DNA of 64,000 bases from NCBI GenBank assembly GCA_038245845.1, contig JBBRRZ010000001.1, forward strand, positions 130,681-194,680, read 5' to 3'. The stretch is from Candidatus Limnocylindrales bacterium (GTDB lineage Bacteria; Chloroflexota; Limnocylindria; Limnocylindrales; CSP1-4). Of the stretch, positions 1 to 9,800 are shown piece after piece; position 1 is the stretch's first letter, and the number at the start of each line of letters is the position of its first letter. The translations under genes were made by a program, and so were the position numbers. Below the pieces are notes generated by a model. It did not search any database and had not been told where the DNA came from. It saw nothing but the letters and a program-made list of their open reading frames with translations.

Positions 1-318
1 ATGGGCAACTACGTGGACCTGCCCCTGCTGGGCGAGAAGGTCGCGGAGCTGGTGCACGGGATCATCCGGGCGCTGGTCGACGTGGACCAGGCCAAGGCTC
101 GCGAGGTCGCCGCGCTCGACGACCAGGTCGACGCGCTGTACCACGCCATCTTCGATCGCGTGCTCGTGCTCATGCGCGAGGACGCGGGCAACGTGGAGGC
201 GGGCACGCGGATCCTGTTCGCCTCACACTACCTGGAGCGCATCGGCGACCGGGTGACGAACATCGCCGAGGACATCGTGTTCCTCGCCTCGGGCGAGGTG
301 GAGGACCTCAACCCATGA
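1..318 (+). CDS. phoU: PhoU phosphate-signalling regulator, C-terminal part (5' end cut by window edge)
   Basis: Translation contains FASHYLERIGDRVTNIAEDIVF, the E/D-xxx-D helical repeat typical of PhoU. TGA at 316-318 overlaps the next ATG (ATGA). Confidence 0.85.
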   Translation: MGNYVDLPLLGEKVAELVHGIIRALVDVDQAKAREVAALDDQVDALYHAIFDRVLVLMREDAGNVEAGTRILFASHYLERIGDRVTNIAEDIVFLASGEVEDLNP

Positions 319-827
319 CCCAGCAGCCGCACGATGAGCATGATCACGGGGCGTTCCACGCACAGGCGGGCACCACACCGGTGCGGATCCTCGTCGTGTG
401 CACCGGGAACAGCGCCCGGTCCATCCTCGGTGAGGCGATGTTCCGCCACGTGGGCGGCGAGCAGGTCGAGGTGCACTCCGCGGGGACGCACCCCTCGACG
501 GTGAACCCGCTGGCGATCCGCGTGCTCGGGGAGGCTGGTCTCCCGACGGACGGCCTGCACTCCAAGTCGGTGACCGAGTTCCTCGGCCAGCAGTTCGACT
601 ATGTCATCACCGTGTGCGACGACGCCCGCGACGCATGCCCGGTGTTCCCGGGCGTCCACGAGACCATGCACTGGAGCTACCCCGATCCGGCGAAGGTCGA
701 GGGCACCGAGGAGCAGCGGCTGGCCGCGTTCCGCTCCGTCTTCACGGGCCTTGGCCAGCGCATCCACCAGTTCCTCCCGCTCGCCGAGCGCTACGCCGCT
801 ACGCGCCGCTCCGTCGAGCTCGCGTGA
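315..827 (+). CDS. arsC: Arsenate reductase / low-molecular-weight phosphotyrosine phosphatase family (thioredoxin-coupled ArsC type)
   Basis: P-loop VVCTGNSARS (CX5R) near the N-terminus plus a downstream Cys pair in VITVCDDARDACP, matching the three-Cys ArsC layout. Start overlaps the phoU stop. Confidence 0.8.
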   Translation: MTQQPHDEHDHGAFHAQAGTTPVRILVVCTGNSARSILGEAMFRHVGGEQVEVHSAGTHPSTVNPLAIRVLGEAGLPTDGLHSKSVTEFLGQQFDYVITVCDDARDACPVFPGVHETMHWSYPDPAKVEGTEEQRLAAFRSVFTGLGQRIHQFLPLAERYAATRRSVELA

Positions 828-1309
828 TCGCGCTCCACCTGCTGCGTCACGCGCACGCGGGCGACCCCGCGCGGTGGTCGGGCGACGATGCGGCGCGACC
901 GCTCTCGGACAAGGGCCGGCGCCAGGCGGAGCGCCTCGGGAAGCTGCTCGCGGGCCTCGACGAGGCGCCGGACCTGTTCATCACGTCGCCCAGGGTTCGC
1001 GCCGCGCAGACCGCGGAGATCGTCGCCGAGGCGCTGGGCGTCGGCGTCGTCATCGATCCCCGGCTCGCGGGCGGGCTGGACACGTCGGGCCTCTCTGACA
1101 TCCTCCTGGCCCATCCGGACGCCGAGCGGCCGTGTGTCGTCGGTCACGACCCGGACTTCAGCGAGCTCCTTGGCGACATCCTCGGCTTGCCGCCGGTGCC
1201 GATGCGCAAGGGCGCGATCGCGCGCATTGATGTCGCGTCCCGGTCGCTCGTCCCCGGCCGCGCGCTCCTCCGGTTCCTGCTCCCCCCGGAGCTGCTCCCG
1301 TCGAAGTAG
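824..1309 (+). CDS. sixA: SixA-type phosphohistidine phosphatase (histidine phosphatase superfamily)
   Basis: GTG at 824 overlaps the arsC TGA (GTGA). Translation VIALHLLRHAHAG...PLSDKGRRQAERLG...ITSPRVRAAQTAEIV carries the RH catalytic motif and SP-x-RA-xQTA motif. The ORF-track start at 614 is an over-extension inside arsC. Confidence 0.7.
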   Translation: MIALHLLRHAHAGDPARWSGDDAARPLSDKGRRQAERLGKLLAGLDEAPDLFITSPRVRAAQTAEIVAEALGVGVVIDPRLAGGLDTSGLSDILLAHPDAERPCVVGHDPDFSELLGDILGLPPVPMRKGAIARIDVASRSLVPGRALLRFLLPPELLPSK

Positions 1310-1324
1310 GCGGCCGGATCCCGG

Positions 1325-2134
1325 TCAGCCCGGGGTCCAGCGCCAGCGCATCTCGTGGACGAGCGGCATCCCCGGGACCACGATCTCCGGCGCGCCATTC
1401 GGGGCGTCGGGCGGGCCGCTCTGGGGCTCCACGCAGATCGCGTGCTGCGGCTCCGTGTAGACGACCCACCAGGGGCAGGTCGACGACAGCTCGAGGCGCA
1501 GCTGACCGGGCCATTCGAGGACGGGCGGGACCGCGACACCCGTGAACGCGTCGTCCCATGGCTGGGCCGTGGGCGTCACCCGCTCGCCCGTGGGGATCCC
1601 CTCAGCGTCGCGCAGGAGCATCTGCGACGCCTCGAACGCGAGCGCGACCGGCGACCCGCCGGGCGACAGCGTCCGTCGGAACCATGGGTGCCAGCCGACC
1701 ATCCCGGGCATCGGCTCGTCGGCGTCGAGCGTCATGGTCACGGCCAGCCCGTCCTCGTCCAGCGCGAATCGCTGCTCCACGCGACCCCGGAACGGCCACC
1801 GGCCATCGAGCTCGATCTCGATCGTCGTCGGGTCCACGACCTGCCACGGCCGGTCGTACACGACCCCGTGGATCGCGTGCGGCGGCATCCCCAGCGGCAG
1901 CTGGTGCTCGCGACCCGCGAACGTGAACCGGCCGCGCCGGATCCGACCGGCCCATGGCGCCATCGGGTAACAACCCCAGCGGACAGGGCCCCCGGGATCG
2001 TCGACGACGAGGAGCTCCCGGTCGCCCACGCGCACCGAGCCGATGCGGCCACCGTCGTCCGGACAGACGGTGACGGCCGCACCCGACGCCTCCAGCACCA
2101 GCTCGCCTGCGCGTGTCATCCCTGTCAGGTCCAT
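1325..2134 (-). CDS. Aldose 1-epimerase (mutarotase) family protein
   Basis: 269 aa with HQLPLGMPPHAIHGVVYDRPWQV and GWHPWFRR segments typical of the aldose-epimerase fold. Its start overlaps the upstream dehydrogenase stop by 10 nt. Confidence 0.75.
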   Translation of the reverse strand: MDLTGMTRAGELVLEASGAAVTVCPDDGGRIGSVRVGDRELLVVDDPGGPVRWGCYPMAPWAGRIRRGRFTFAGREHQLPLGMPPHAIHGVVYDRPWQVVDPTTIEIELDGRWPFRGRVEQRFALDEDGLAVTMTLDADEPMPGMVGWHPWFRRTLSPGGSPVALAFEASQMLLRDAEGIPTGERVTPTAQPWDDAFTGVAVPPVLEWPGQLRLELSSTCPWWVVYTEPQHAICVEPQSGPPDAPNGAPEIVVPGMPLVHEMRWRWTPG

Positions 2135-3204
2135 CGCTCCCTCGGTTCGTCCGGCTCAACCACGATCTTCAGTCCGTCACGGCGCGCGAGCGCCGCGAAT
2201 GCAGTCGGTGCGTCACGGAGCGCGAAGCGGTGCGTCACGAGGCCCTCGAGCGAGACCTGTCCGTTCGCAACGAGCCCGACGGCCCGCGCGAGGTCGCCTG
2301 CCTCCATGCGCCGGACCAGCTGCAGCGCGAGCTCGCGCCGGCGGGCCGCCCCCGCGGGGAACGCGGTTCGGTCGCCCACGGGAATGCCCAGGAGGAGGAC
2401 CCGGCCGCCGGGCCGGACCGCGCGGACGGCCGTCTCGAGGGCGGAATCGTCGCCGGCACACTCGAAGGCGATGTCCACCGGCACCGCGAGCGCAGGGTCA
2501 CGTCCCTCGGCCGGCACCAGGAGCGCAGTCGTCGCACCCGAGGCGCGCGCGGCATCCACGCGGTGCCCGAGGTGGTCCGTCGCGACGATCGTGGCGACGC
2601 CGGCTGCCCGGAGCGCCCGGATGAGGACAAGGCCGATGGGGCCCGCCCCGTAGACGCCGACAATCAGGCCACGGCCGTGGCCTGCGCCGGCCGGTGACCC
2701 ATCGTCGATCCGGATCCCCGCGAGGTCCAGCGCGTGCACCGCGATGCCCAACACCTCGAGCAGCGGCACCTGTTCGTCCGGGATCGATGGCGGCACCGGG
2801 ACGCATCGCGACGCCGGCCAGGCGAGCCAGGTCTGCAGCGCCCCGTCCGTCGGAGATTGGCCGGCGAAGCGCATCCGCTCGCACAGCCGGCCGATGCCGC
2901 CAAGGCACTGCGGGCAGGCCTCACACGGGTCAGCGGGGTCCACCGCCACCCGCTCGCCATCACGCGCGCCGCCGACGACGACCGCCCCGAACTCGTGTCC
3001 GAGGACGAGTGGAGCGGCCAGGCCCGTCTCCCCGATCGAGCCATCCGCGTACCAGTGGAGGTCGGAGCCGCACAGGCCTACTGCGCTGATGCGCAGGAGC
3101 AGCTCGCCGGGCGCGGGGCTTGGTCGTGGCTCCTCGTGGACACGCAGATCGCGCCGCCCGTGGAGACGGGCGGCGCGATCGGGAGGAGGAGCGGGGTCCA
3201 TCAC
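2125..3204 (-). CDS. Zn-dependent medium-chain polyol/alcohol dehydrogenase (sorbitol/L-arabinitol dehydrogenase-like)
   Basis: GLCGSDLHWY and GHEFGAVV zinc/catalytic motifs, a structural-Zn Cys cluster (CEACPQC) and a GxGxxG Rossmann segment (VYGAGPIGL). Confidence 0.85.
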   Translation of the reverse strand: MMDPAPPPDRAARLHGRRDLRVHEEPRPSPAPGELLLRISAVGLCGSDLHWYADGSIGETGLAAPLVLGHEFGAVVVGGARDGERVAVDPADPCEACPQCLGGIGRLCERMRFAGQSPTDGALQTWLAWPASRCVPVPPSIPDEQVPLLEVLGIAVHALDLAGIRIDDGSPAGAGHGRGLIVGVYGAGPIGLVLIRALRAAGVATIVATDHLGHRVDAARASGATTALLVPAEGRDPALAVPVDIAFECAGDDSALETAVRAVRPGGRVLLLGIPVGDRTAFPAGAARRRELALQLVRRMEAGDLARAVGLVANGQVSLEGLVTHRFALRDAPTAFAALARRDGLKIVVEPDEPRERWT

Positions 3205-3234
3205 GATTGATCTGCCGGGCGCTGCCCGGCGCGA

Positions 3235-4542
3235 TCAGCCTTCCTTGTTCTTGGTCCGGACGTCGAAGTAGACGGCGAACAGCAGGACAAGGGCCTTGAA
3301 CATGAACTGGTAGTCGATCGGGACGGACATCACGCCCATGCCGATGTTGAGGAGGCCGAAGAAGATGGCACCGATGACCGTCCCGGCCACGGTCCCGACA
3401 CCGCCGTAGGCGGACGCCCCGCCGACGAAGGTCGCCGCGATGACGTCAAGCTCGAAGCCGTAGCCGGCCTTCGGGGTTGCGGAGTTGAAGCGGGCGGCGA
3501 TGATCATGCCGCCGAGGGCTGCCAGCGCGCCCATGTTGATGAACGTGAGGAAGACCATCCGCTTGCTGTTCACACCCGAGAGCATCGCGGCTTTGGCGTT
3601 GCCCCCGACGGCGTAGATTCGCCGGCCGATGACCGTCCGCAACGTGATGAACATGTACATGCCGATGAGGATGAATGCGATCAGCGCCACGATCGGGAGG
3701 CCCTTGTAGCCGGCCAGCCGGTACGCGATGAACATGATGCCCGCAATGATCAACGCGTTGCGCAGCCAGAACTGGCCCATCGACGGGACCGAGAAGCCGT
3801 ACTTCAGCTGCTCGCTCCGTGCGCGGAACGCGATGAAGATGAGGAACGCGCTGAGCACGACGCCCAACAGCAGCGTCGTGAGTTGGATCGGGCCGCCACC
3901 GAGGGGAACCACGAGCGGGCCGACGGCGATCGGCGGGGTCCCGGTGCCGAACGGGTCCGGGACGGAGCCGATCATCTCGGGGATGAACCCGGACGAGATC
4001 GCGCGGAAGCCTTCGGGGAACGGGCCAACCGGCTGGCCGCCGAGCATGAACAGCGTCGCGCCGCGGAAGAGCAGCATGCCCGCCAGGGTCACGATGAACG
4101 ATGGCACCCGCAGGTACGCGACCCAGAATCCCTGCCAGACGCCGATCAACCCGCCCGCGATCAGCGTGATCGCGACGGCGAGGATCGGGTCGAGCTGGAT
4201 CTTTCCGAGGACGGGGACCGTGACACCGACCATCAGGACGGCGACGATCGCGCCCAGGAAGCCGGCGACCGAACCGACCGACAGGTCGATGTGGCCGATG
4301 ACGATGATCAGGAGCATCCCCAGGGCCATCACGAGGATGTAGCCGTTCTGGAGGAAGACGTTGGTCACGTTGAGGGGCTTGAGCATCACCCCGTTGGTCG
4401 TCACCTGGAAGAACACGACGAACAGGAGGAGGACGAGGAGCAGGCCACCCTGACCGACTGCCTTGGCGATCCGGCGCCCGACCGAGACCTGTGCCTCGCT
4501 GTCGGCGGGGGCGATGATGGGGGTGGTGGTGTTGGCACTCAC
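3235..4542 (-). CDS. Sugar ABC transporter permease (XylH/GguB-like, about 10 TM)
   Basis: 435-aa highly hydrophobic protein with the ribose/xylose-family permease layout. GTG start overlaps the ATPase stop (GTGA at 4539-4542). Confidence 0.85.
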   Translation of the reverse strand: MSANTTTPIIAPADSEAQVSVGRRIAKAVGQGGLLLVLLLFVVFFQVTTNGVMLKPLNVTNVFLQNGYILVMALGMLLIIVIGHIDLSVGSVAGFLGAIVAVLMVGVTVPVLGKIQLDPILAVAITLIAGGLIGVWQGFWVAYLRVPSFIVTLAGMLLFRGATLFMLGGQPVGPFPEGFRAISSGFIPEMIGSVPDPFGTGTPPIAVGPLVVPLGGGPIQLTTLLLGVVLSAFLIFIAFRARSEQLKYGFSVPSMGQFWLRNALIIAGIMFIAYRLAGYKGLPIVALIAFILIGMYMFITLRTVIGRRIYAVGGNAKAAMLSGVNSKRMVFLTFINMGALAALGGMIIAARFNSATPKAGYGFELDVIAATFVGGASAYGGVGTVAGTVIGAIFFGLLNIGMGVMSVPIDYQFMFKALVLLFAVYFDVRTKNKEG

Positions 4543-6092
4543 AGCACGACTTCCTCAGCTCCCGCGCGCGCCATCTGCATGATGGCCTTCATGATCGATT
4601 CCTGGGTCGCGTCGGCGGCCGGCATCTCGGCGGCGATGCGACCGGCCGCCATGACGTAGATCCGGTCCGACACGCCGAGCACCTCGGGCAGCTCGGACGA
4701 GATGAGGATGATCCCCTTCCCCTCGGCCGCAAGTCGGTTGATGATCGTGTAGATCTCGTACTTCGCCCCGACATCGATCCCGCGCGTCGGCTCGTCGAGG
4801 ATCAGGATGTCCGGGTCGGCGAACAGCCACTTCGAGAGGACGACCTTCTGCTGGTTGCCGCCCGAAAGGTTGACCGCGATCTGCTTGACGCTGGGCGTCT
4901 TGATCTGCAGCGCATCGCGGTAGTCGTTCGCGACCTTGACCTCCTTGGGCGGGCTGATCACGCCGCTCGTGGAGACGCCGCCGAGGTTGGCCAGGGTGAT
5001 GTTCGTCTTGACGTCGTTGATCAGGATCAGGCCGTACGTCTTGCGGTCCTCGGTGGCATACGCGATCCCGTTCGCGACCGCCTTGGGGATCGTCGAGACG
5101 TCGATCTCGCGGCCGTCCCTGACGACCTGGCCCGATACGAAGTGGCCCCACGACCGCCCGAACACGCTCATCGCGAACTCGGTGCGTCCGGCGCCCATCA
5201 GGCCGGCGATGCCGACGACCTCGCCCCGGCGGACGTTGATGCTGACGTCGTTGATGACCATCTGGTCTTCGTAGATCGGGTGGCGCACCTTCCAGTTGCG
5301 GACCTCGAGCAGCATCTCGCCGATCTTGGCGCTGCGAGGCGGGAACCGGTGTGTCATGTCCCGCCCGACCATGCCCCGGATGATCCGGTCCTCGGTCACC
5401 TCGCCGCCGCGTGCGTCGAGCGACTCGATGACGGCGCCATCCCGCAGGACCGTGATCGTGTCCGCGACCGACTCGACCTCCTTGAGCTTGTGGGAGATCA
5501 ACACGCACGCGATGCCCTGGGCCCGGAACTCGCGCAGGAGCTGGAGCAGCGCCTGGGAGTCGTTCTCGTTCAGGGATGACGTGGGCTCGTCGAGGATCAG
5601 CAGCTCGACGTTCTTGGACAGCGCCTTCGCGATCTCGACCAGCTGCTGCTTGCCGACGCCGAGGTGGGAGATCTTCGTGTCGGGCGTCTCGCTGAGCCCG
5701 ACCTTCTTGAGCAGCTCGATTGCCTTCGAGTGCGACAGGCCCCAGTTGATGACGCCGTTCGTCGCCTGCTCGTTGGCGAGGAAGATGTTCTCGGTGATCG
5801 AGAGCTGCGGGACGAGCGCCAGCTCCTGGTGGATGATCACGATGCCCTTGTGCTCGCTCTCACGGATGTTGTGAAAGTGGCATTCCTCGCCCTTGAAGAA
5901 GAACTGGCCGTCGTAGGACCCGGTGGGGTAGACGCCCGACACGACCTTCATCAGGGTCGACTTGCCGGCCCCGTTCTCCCCGACGAGCGCATGGATCTCG
6001 CCGGCACGCACCGAGAAGCTCACGTCCTTCAGCGCCTTGACGCCGGGGAACTCCTTGGTGATGCCGCGCATCTCGAGCAGAACGTCGCTCAC
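4539..6092 (-). CDS. Sugar ABC transporter ATP-binding protein with two fused cassettes (GguA/XylG-like)
   Basis: Walker [10 protein letters not shown], signature LSGGNQQK and a second cassette (GLMGAGRTE). The 517-aa length is typical of CUT2 monosaccharide importers. Confidence 0.9.
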   Translation of the reverse strand: MSDVLLEMRGITKEFPGVKALKDVSFSVRAGEIHALVGENGAGKSTLMKVVSGVYPTGSYDGQFFFKGEECHFHNIRESEHKGIVIIHQELALVPQLSITENIFLANEQATNGVINWGLSHSKAIELLKKVGLSETPDTKISHLGVGKQQLVEIAKALSKNVELLILDEPTSSLNENDSQALLQLLREFRAQGIACVLISHKLKEVESVADTITVLRDGAVIESLDARGGEVTEDRIIRGMVGRDMTHRFPPRSAKIGEMLLEVRNWKVRHPIYEDQMVINDVSINVRRGEVVGIAGLMGAGRTEFAMSVFGRSWGHFVSGQVVRDGREIDVSTIPKAVANGIAYATEDRKTYGLILINDVKTNITLANLGGVSTSGVISPPKEVKVANDYRDALQIKTPSVKQIAVNLSGGNQQKVVLSKWLFADPDILILDEPTRGIDVGAKYEIYTIINRLAAEGKGIILISSELPEVLGVSDRIYVMAAGRIAAEMPAADATQESIMKAIMQMARAGAEEVVL

Positions 6093-6205
6093 TCGAACCG
6101 CCGCCTCGTCCTGGTGGTCAGGGGATGGATACAGAAGTGCGGGTGTGCGGTGGTCGTGGACCGCCGCACACCCGCGATCACTTGCGCGTTTAGCGTACTA
6201 CCGGA

Positions 6206-7357
6206 CTAGAGGCCGAGATCGGCTGCCTTGTAGTAGCCGCTGTCGACCAGTTCCTTCTGGACGTTGTCCTTGGTGACAAGGATCATGTCGAGCAGGAAGC
6301 TCGGGACCACCTTGATCCCGTTGTCGTAGGTCTTGGTGTCGTTGACTTCGACCGTCTCGCCCTTGAGCATCTGGTCGGTCATCTTCGCGGCCTGCGCAGC
6401 CAGGTTCCGGGTGTCCTTGAACACCGTGCTGGTCTGCTCGCCCGCGAGGATCGACTTCACCGACGGAAGCTCGGCATCCTGGCCGGTCACGACCGGGGCC
6501 GGCTTGTCGGAGGTGTAGTAGCCGACCTGCTTGAGCGAGGCGATGATGCCGCGGGAGATGCCGTCGTAGGGCGACAGGACCGCGTCAACGCGCTTGTCCG
6601 CGTAGAAGGTCGAAAGGATGTTGTCCATGCGGGCCTGGGCGGCAGCGCCGTCCCAGCGCAGGGTCCCGACTTCCTCGGGGAACTTGACCTGCTTCGACTG
6701 GACAACGAGCTTGCCCGAGTCGATGTAGGGCTGCAGGACGGACATGGCGCCGTTGAAGAAGAACCCGGCGTTGTTGTCGTCCGGCGAGCCGGCGAACAGC
6801 TCGAGGTTGAACGGGCCCGCGGCGTTCTTCAGGTCGAGCGACTGCTCGATCGAGGTGGCCTGGAGCACGCCGACCTTGAAGTTGTCGAACGTGGTGTAGT
6901 AGTCGACGTTCTTGGAGTTGCGGATCAGGCGGTCATAGGCAAGGACCTTGATGCCCGCGTCCGCGGCCTTCTGCAGGGTGTCCGTCAGGGTCGTGCCGTC
7001 GATGGCGGCGATCACGAGGACCTTGGCGCCCTTGGTGACCATGTTCTCGACCTGGGAGACCTGGGTCGGGATGTCGTCCTCGGCGTACTGAAGATCAGTC
7101 GTGTAGCCGAGCTCGGTGAGGGACTTGACGAGGTTGTCGCCGTCCGCGATCCATCGCGCGGAGGACTTGGTCGGCATTGCGATGCCGACGAGGCCACCAG
7201 CGCCGGCCGCTGTCGACGGGGACTCGGGAGCCATCGACTCGGTGCCGGTCGAGGCCGGGGCCGTGGAAGCCGAGGGAGCCGTCGTGGCACCACCGCCGCC
7301 GCACGCAGCGACGACAAGTGCACCGGCCGCCATGGCCACTGTCAGGAACTTCTTCAT
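6206..7357 (-). CDS. Sugar-binding lipoprotein of the ABC importer (ChvE-like multiple-sugar/arabinose binding protein)
   Basis: Chosen start [23 protein letters not shown] is a signal peptide plus lipobox. GGAGGA RBS lies about 13 nt upstream. A Ser/Thr/Ala/Pro-rich linker is followed by a periplasmic-binding fold. The ORF-track start at 7573 adds 72 non-signal residues. Confidence 0.8.
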   Translation of the reverse strand: MKKFLTVAMAAGALVVAACGGGGATTAPSASTAPASTGTESMAPESPSTAAGAGGLVGIAMPTKSSARWIADGDNLVKSLTELGYTTDLQYAEDDIPTQVSQVENMVTKGAKVLVIAAIDGTTLTDTLQKAADAGIKVLAYDRLIRNSKNVDYYTTFDNFKVGVLQATSIEQSLDLKNAAGPFNLELFAGSPDDNNAGFFFNGAMSVLQPYIDSGKLVVQSKQVKFPEEVGTLRWDGAAAQARMDNILSTFYADKRVDAVLSPYDGISRGIIASLKQVGYYTSDKPAPVVTGQDAELPSVKSILAGEQTSTVFKDTRNLAAQAAKMTDQMLKGETVEVNDTKTYDNGIKVVPSFLLDMILVTKDNVQKELVDSGYYKAADLGL

Positions 7358-7498
7358 AGGTGCGCTGCGCTCCTCCTGTGACGGGGCAGAGTGCCCCGCC
7401 TTGATCGCGTCCTGGATCGCCTTTCGTGGCCCGGCGCCGAGCGCCGGGTCCGCTGCGGGACCATCATGGCCCCAGGTCGATCGCGGGTGGACGCATGC

Positions 7499-7524
7499 CG
7501 TTATCGTTCCCGTGAACGATAACG
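7499..7524. promoter_or_regulatory. 26-bp near-perfect palindrome CGTTATCGTTCCCGTGAACGATAACG, candidate operator for the LacI-type regulator
   Basis: 12 of 13 symmetric positions pair. It lies in the 267-nt gap between the araA stop and the sugar-binding-protein start. The left half recurs at 11599-11613. Confidence 0.5.
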
Positions 7525-7624
7525 CCCCGCATCCTAAGCGGCTGAGACCCCGGGCGTCAAGCCGGGCCGTCAAGCCTCAAAGCAGTTCCGAGAACGGGCC
7601 AGAGGGGTGACGAATGGCCTGTGG

Positions 7625-9130
7625 TCACAGGCCCTTGGCCAGCAGCCAGTAGAGGTCGTTCCACCGCAGCTGGTCACGGAACGCGTCAAGCGTCGTGGCC
7701 TCGTCGATGACGAGGATCTCCACCCCCGACATCGCCGCGAAGTCGCGGAGGTGCTCCGCCGTGACGGCGAACCCGAGGCTGGTGTGGTGCGAGCCGCCCG
7801 CGTAGATCCAGGCGGCAGCACTGGTCCGGAGGTCGGGCCGCGGGCGCCAGACGGCACGGGCGACCGGGAGCTTCGGGAGGGGCTGCTCCGCCAGGACGAC
7901 GTCGACGACAGTTGCCACCATCCGGAACCGCTGGCCCATATCGGTGATGCACGCGGCGACGGCCGGGCCGGGGTGGGCGTCGAAGACGAGCCGGACCGGG
8001 TCCTCCTTGCCGCCGATCCCCAGCGGATGGACCTCGAGTCGGGGGCGGGCGCCCGCGATGGACGGGCAGACCTCGAGCATGTGGGCGCCGAGGATCAGCT
8101 CGTCCTCGCCGGTCAGGTGGTAGGTGTAGTCCTCCATGAACGAGACGCCGCCCGCGAGCCCGGCGGACATGACCTTCATCGCGCGGACCATCGCCGCGGT
8201 CTTCCAGTCCCCCTCCCCGCCGAAGCCGTAGCCGTCCGCCATGAGACGCTGGACCGCGAGGCCCGGCAGCTGCTTCAGCCCGTGGAGGTCCTCGAAGGTG
8301 TCCGTGAAGGCCGAGAACCCTCCGTCCACGAGGAAGTGCCGCAGCCCGAGCTCGATCCGCGCTCCGTCGCGCAGGCTGCCCGCGCGATCCCCGCCCGGCC
8401 GCAGCTCCGGGGCAACGTCGTACTCGTCGAGGTACTGGGCGACGAGCCGGTCCACGTCCCTGTCGGACTGCGCATCCACGACGGCCACGAGGTCGCCCAC
8501 ACCCCAGGTGTTGATGCTGAACCCGAGCCGCCGCTGGGCCTCGACCTTGTCGCCCTCCGTGACGGCGACCTCGCGCATGTTGTCACCGAAGCGGGCGATG
8601 CGGCCACGCTGCCAGTCGGCCTTCGCGCATGCCGCGCGCGACCAGGTGCCGATCTGGTCCTGCACGGAGGCGTCGCCCCAGTGCCCGACCACGACCTTGC
8701 GCTCGAGCCGCAGGCGCGCCGCGATGAACCCGAACTCGCGGTCGCCGTGCGCGGCCTGGTTGAGGTTCATGAAGTCCATGTCGATCTCGGACCAGGGGAT
8801 CTCGCGGTTGAACTGGGTGTGCAGGTGGAGGAACGGCTTGTGCAGCGCTTCGAGGCCGGCGATCCACATCTTCGCGGGGCTGAACGTGTGCATCCAGGTG
8901 ATCAGCCCGACGCACGCCGGATCTGCGTTGGCCGCCTGGACGAGCGCCAGGATCCCGTCGGAGCCCGTGAGCACCGGCTTGGCAACGACACTCACCGGGA
9001 TCGCCGGGGCGTCGTCGAGGGCCGTCGCGATGACGGCCGCATGCTCGGCGACCGTGGCCAGGGTCTCGGGCCCGTAGAGGTGCTGGCTGCCGGTGACGAA
9101 CCAGACCTCGGAACCCGCCAGGTTGAGCAC
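7625..9130 (-). CDS. araA: L-arabinose isomerase
   Basis: 501 aa beginning [24 protein letters not shown], the characteristic AraA N-terminus. GTG start has a GAGGAG RBS 9 nt upstream. Confidence 0.9.
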   Translation of the reverse strand: MLNLAGSEVWFVTGSQHLYGPETLATVAEHAAVIATALDDAPAIPVSVVAKPVLTGSDGILALVQAANADPACVGLITWMHTFSPAKMWIAGLEALHKPFLHLHTQFNREIPWSEIDMDFMNLNQAAHGDREFGFIAARLRLERKVVVGHWGDASVQDQIGTWSRAACAKADWQRGRIARFGDNMREVAVTEGDKVEAQRRLGFSINTWGVGDLVAVVDAQSDRDVDRLVAQYLDEYDVAPELRPGGDRAGSLRDGARIELGLRHFLVDGGFSAFTDTFEDLHGLKQLPGLAVQRLMADGYGFGGEGDWKTAAMVRAMKVMSAGLAGGVSFMEDYTYHLTGEDELILGAHMLEVCPSIAGARPRLEVHPLGIGGKEDPVRLVFDAHPGPAVAACITDMGQRFRMVATVVDVVLAEQPLPKLPVARAVWRPRPDLRTSAAAWIYAGGSHHTSLGFAVTAEHLRDFAAMSGVEILVIDEATTLDAFRDQLRWNDLYWLLAKGL

Positions 9131-9155
9131 GGATCAAGTCTCCTCGGGGGTCGGG

Positions 9156-9800
9156 CTACTGCCCGTACACGTTCATGTAGCGGTCATGGAGCTTTGCGAC
9201 GGTCTCCGCGGGGATCTCGTCCGGCGTGCCGAGCTGGAGGGCAATGAACACCGTCGCGGCGATGTCCTCGGTCATGATCGCGGCCTTGACCGCCGCCCTC
9301 GCGGTCGACCCGATCGTGAACACGCCGTGGTTCTTGAGCAGGATCGCCGTCGAGTGGCCGATGCCCTCAACGACGAGCTTGCCGATCCCCTCGTCGCCGA
9401 TGAGCGTGAACCCGGCGCACGGGATCTCCGTCCCGAACTCGTCGGCCTGCGCCGTCAGGTACACCGGGATCGACCGGCCCACGGCCGCGAACGCGGTCGC
9501 AAAGCGCGAGTGGGTATGGACGACGCCGTTGACGTCCGGCCGGTTGCGGTAGATGTAGAGGTGGCTGAGCGTGTCGGAGCTCGGCTTGTAGCGGCCCTCG
9601 ACCACCGTCCCGTCGAGATCGACGACGACCATCGTCTCTGCGGTCAGGTCCTCGTAGCGGACGCCCGAGGGCTTGATCGCCACGAGCCCCGTGGCCGGGT
9701 CGCGGGTGCTCACGTTGCCGCCGGTCCAGACGACGAGGTTGTGGCGCGGCAGCTCGGCGTGCAGCTCCACGAGCGATTGACGGACGGCTTCGAGCAGCAT
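9156..9800 (-). CDS. araD: L-ribulose-5-phosphate 4-epimerase
   Basis: 214 aa of the class II aldolase/adducin fold with GNVS and VVHTHSRFATAFA metal-binding His motifs. ATG overlaps the araB TGA by 1 nt (ATGA). Confidence 0.9.
   Translation of the reverse strand: MLLEAVRQSLVELHAELPRHNLVVWTGGNVSTRDPATGLVAIKPSGVRYEDLTAETMVVVDLDGTVVEGRYKPSSDTLSHLYIYRNRPDVNGVVHTHSRFATAFAAVGRSIPVYLTAQADEFGTEIPCAGFTLIGDEGIGKLVVEGIGHSTAILLKNHGVFTIGSTARAAVKAAIMTEDIAATVFIALQLGTPDEIPAETVAKLHDRYMNVYGQ

Noticed and set aside
7607-9247. 546-aa plus-strand ORF opposite araA. Similar long ORFs lie at 9803-11671, 16461-18638, 19886-21661, 37185-39236, 44492-46180, 46343-47281, 58123-59793 and 62058-63665.
   Set aside because: Their translations are Arg/Ala/Gly/Pro-rich low-complexity strings. 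They lie antisense to genes with clear family motifs. They are the expected stop-codon-poor shadow frames of roughly 70% GC DNA.
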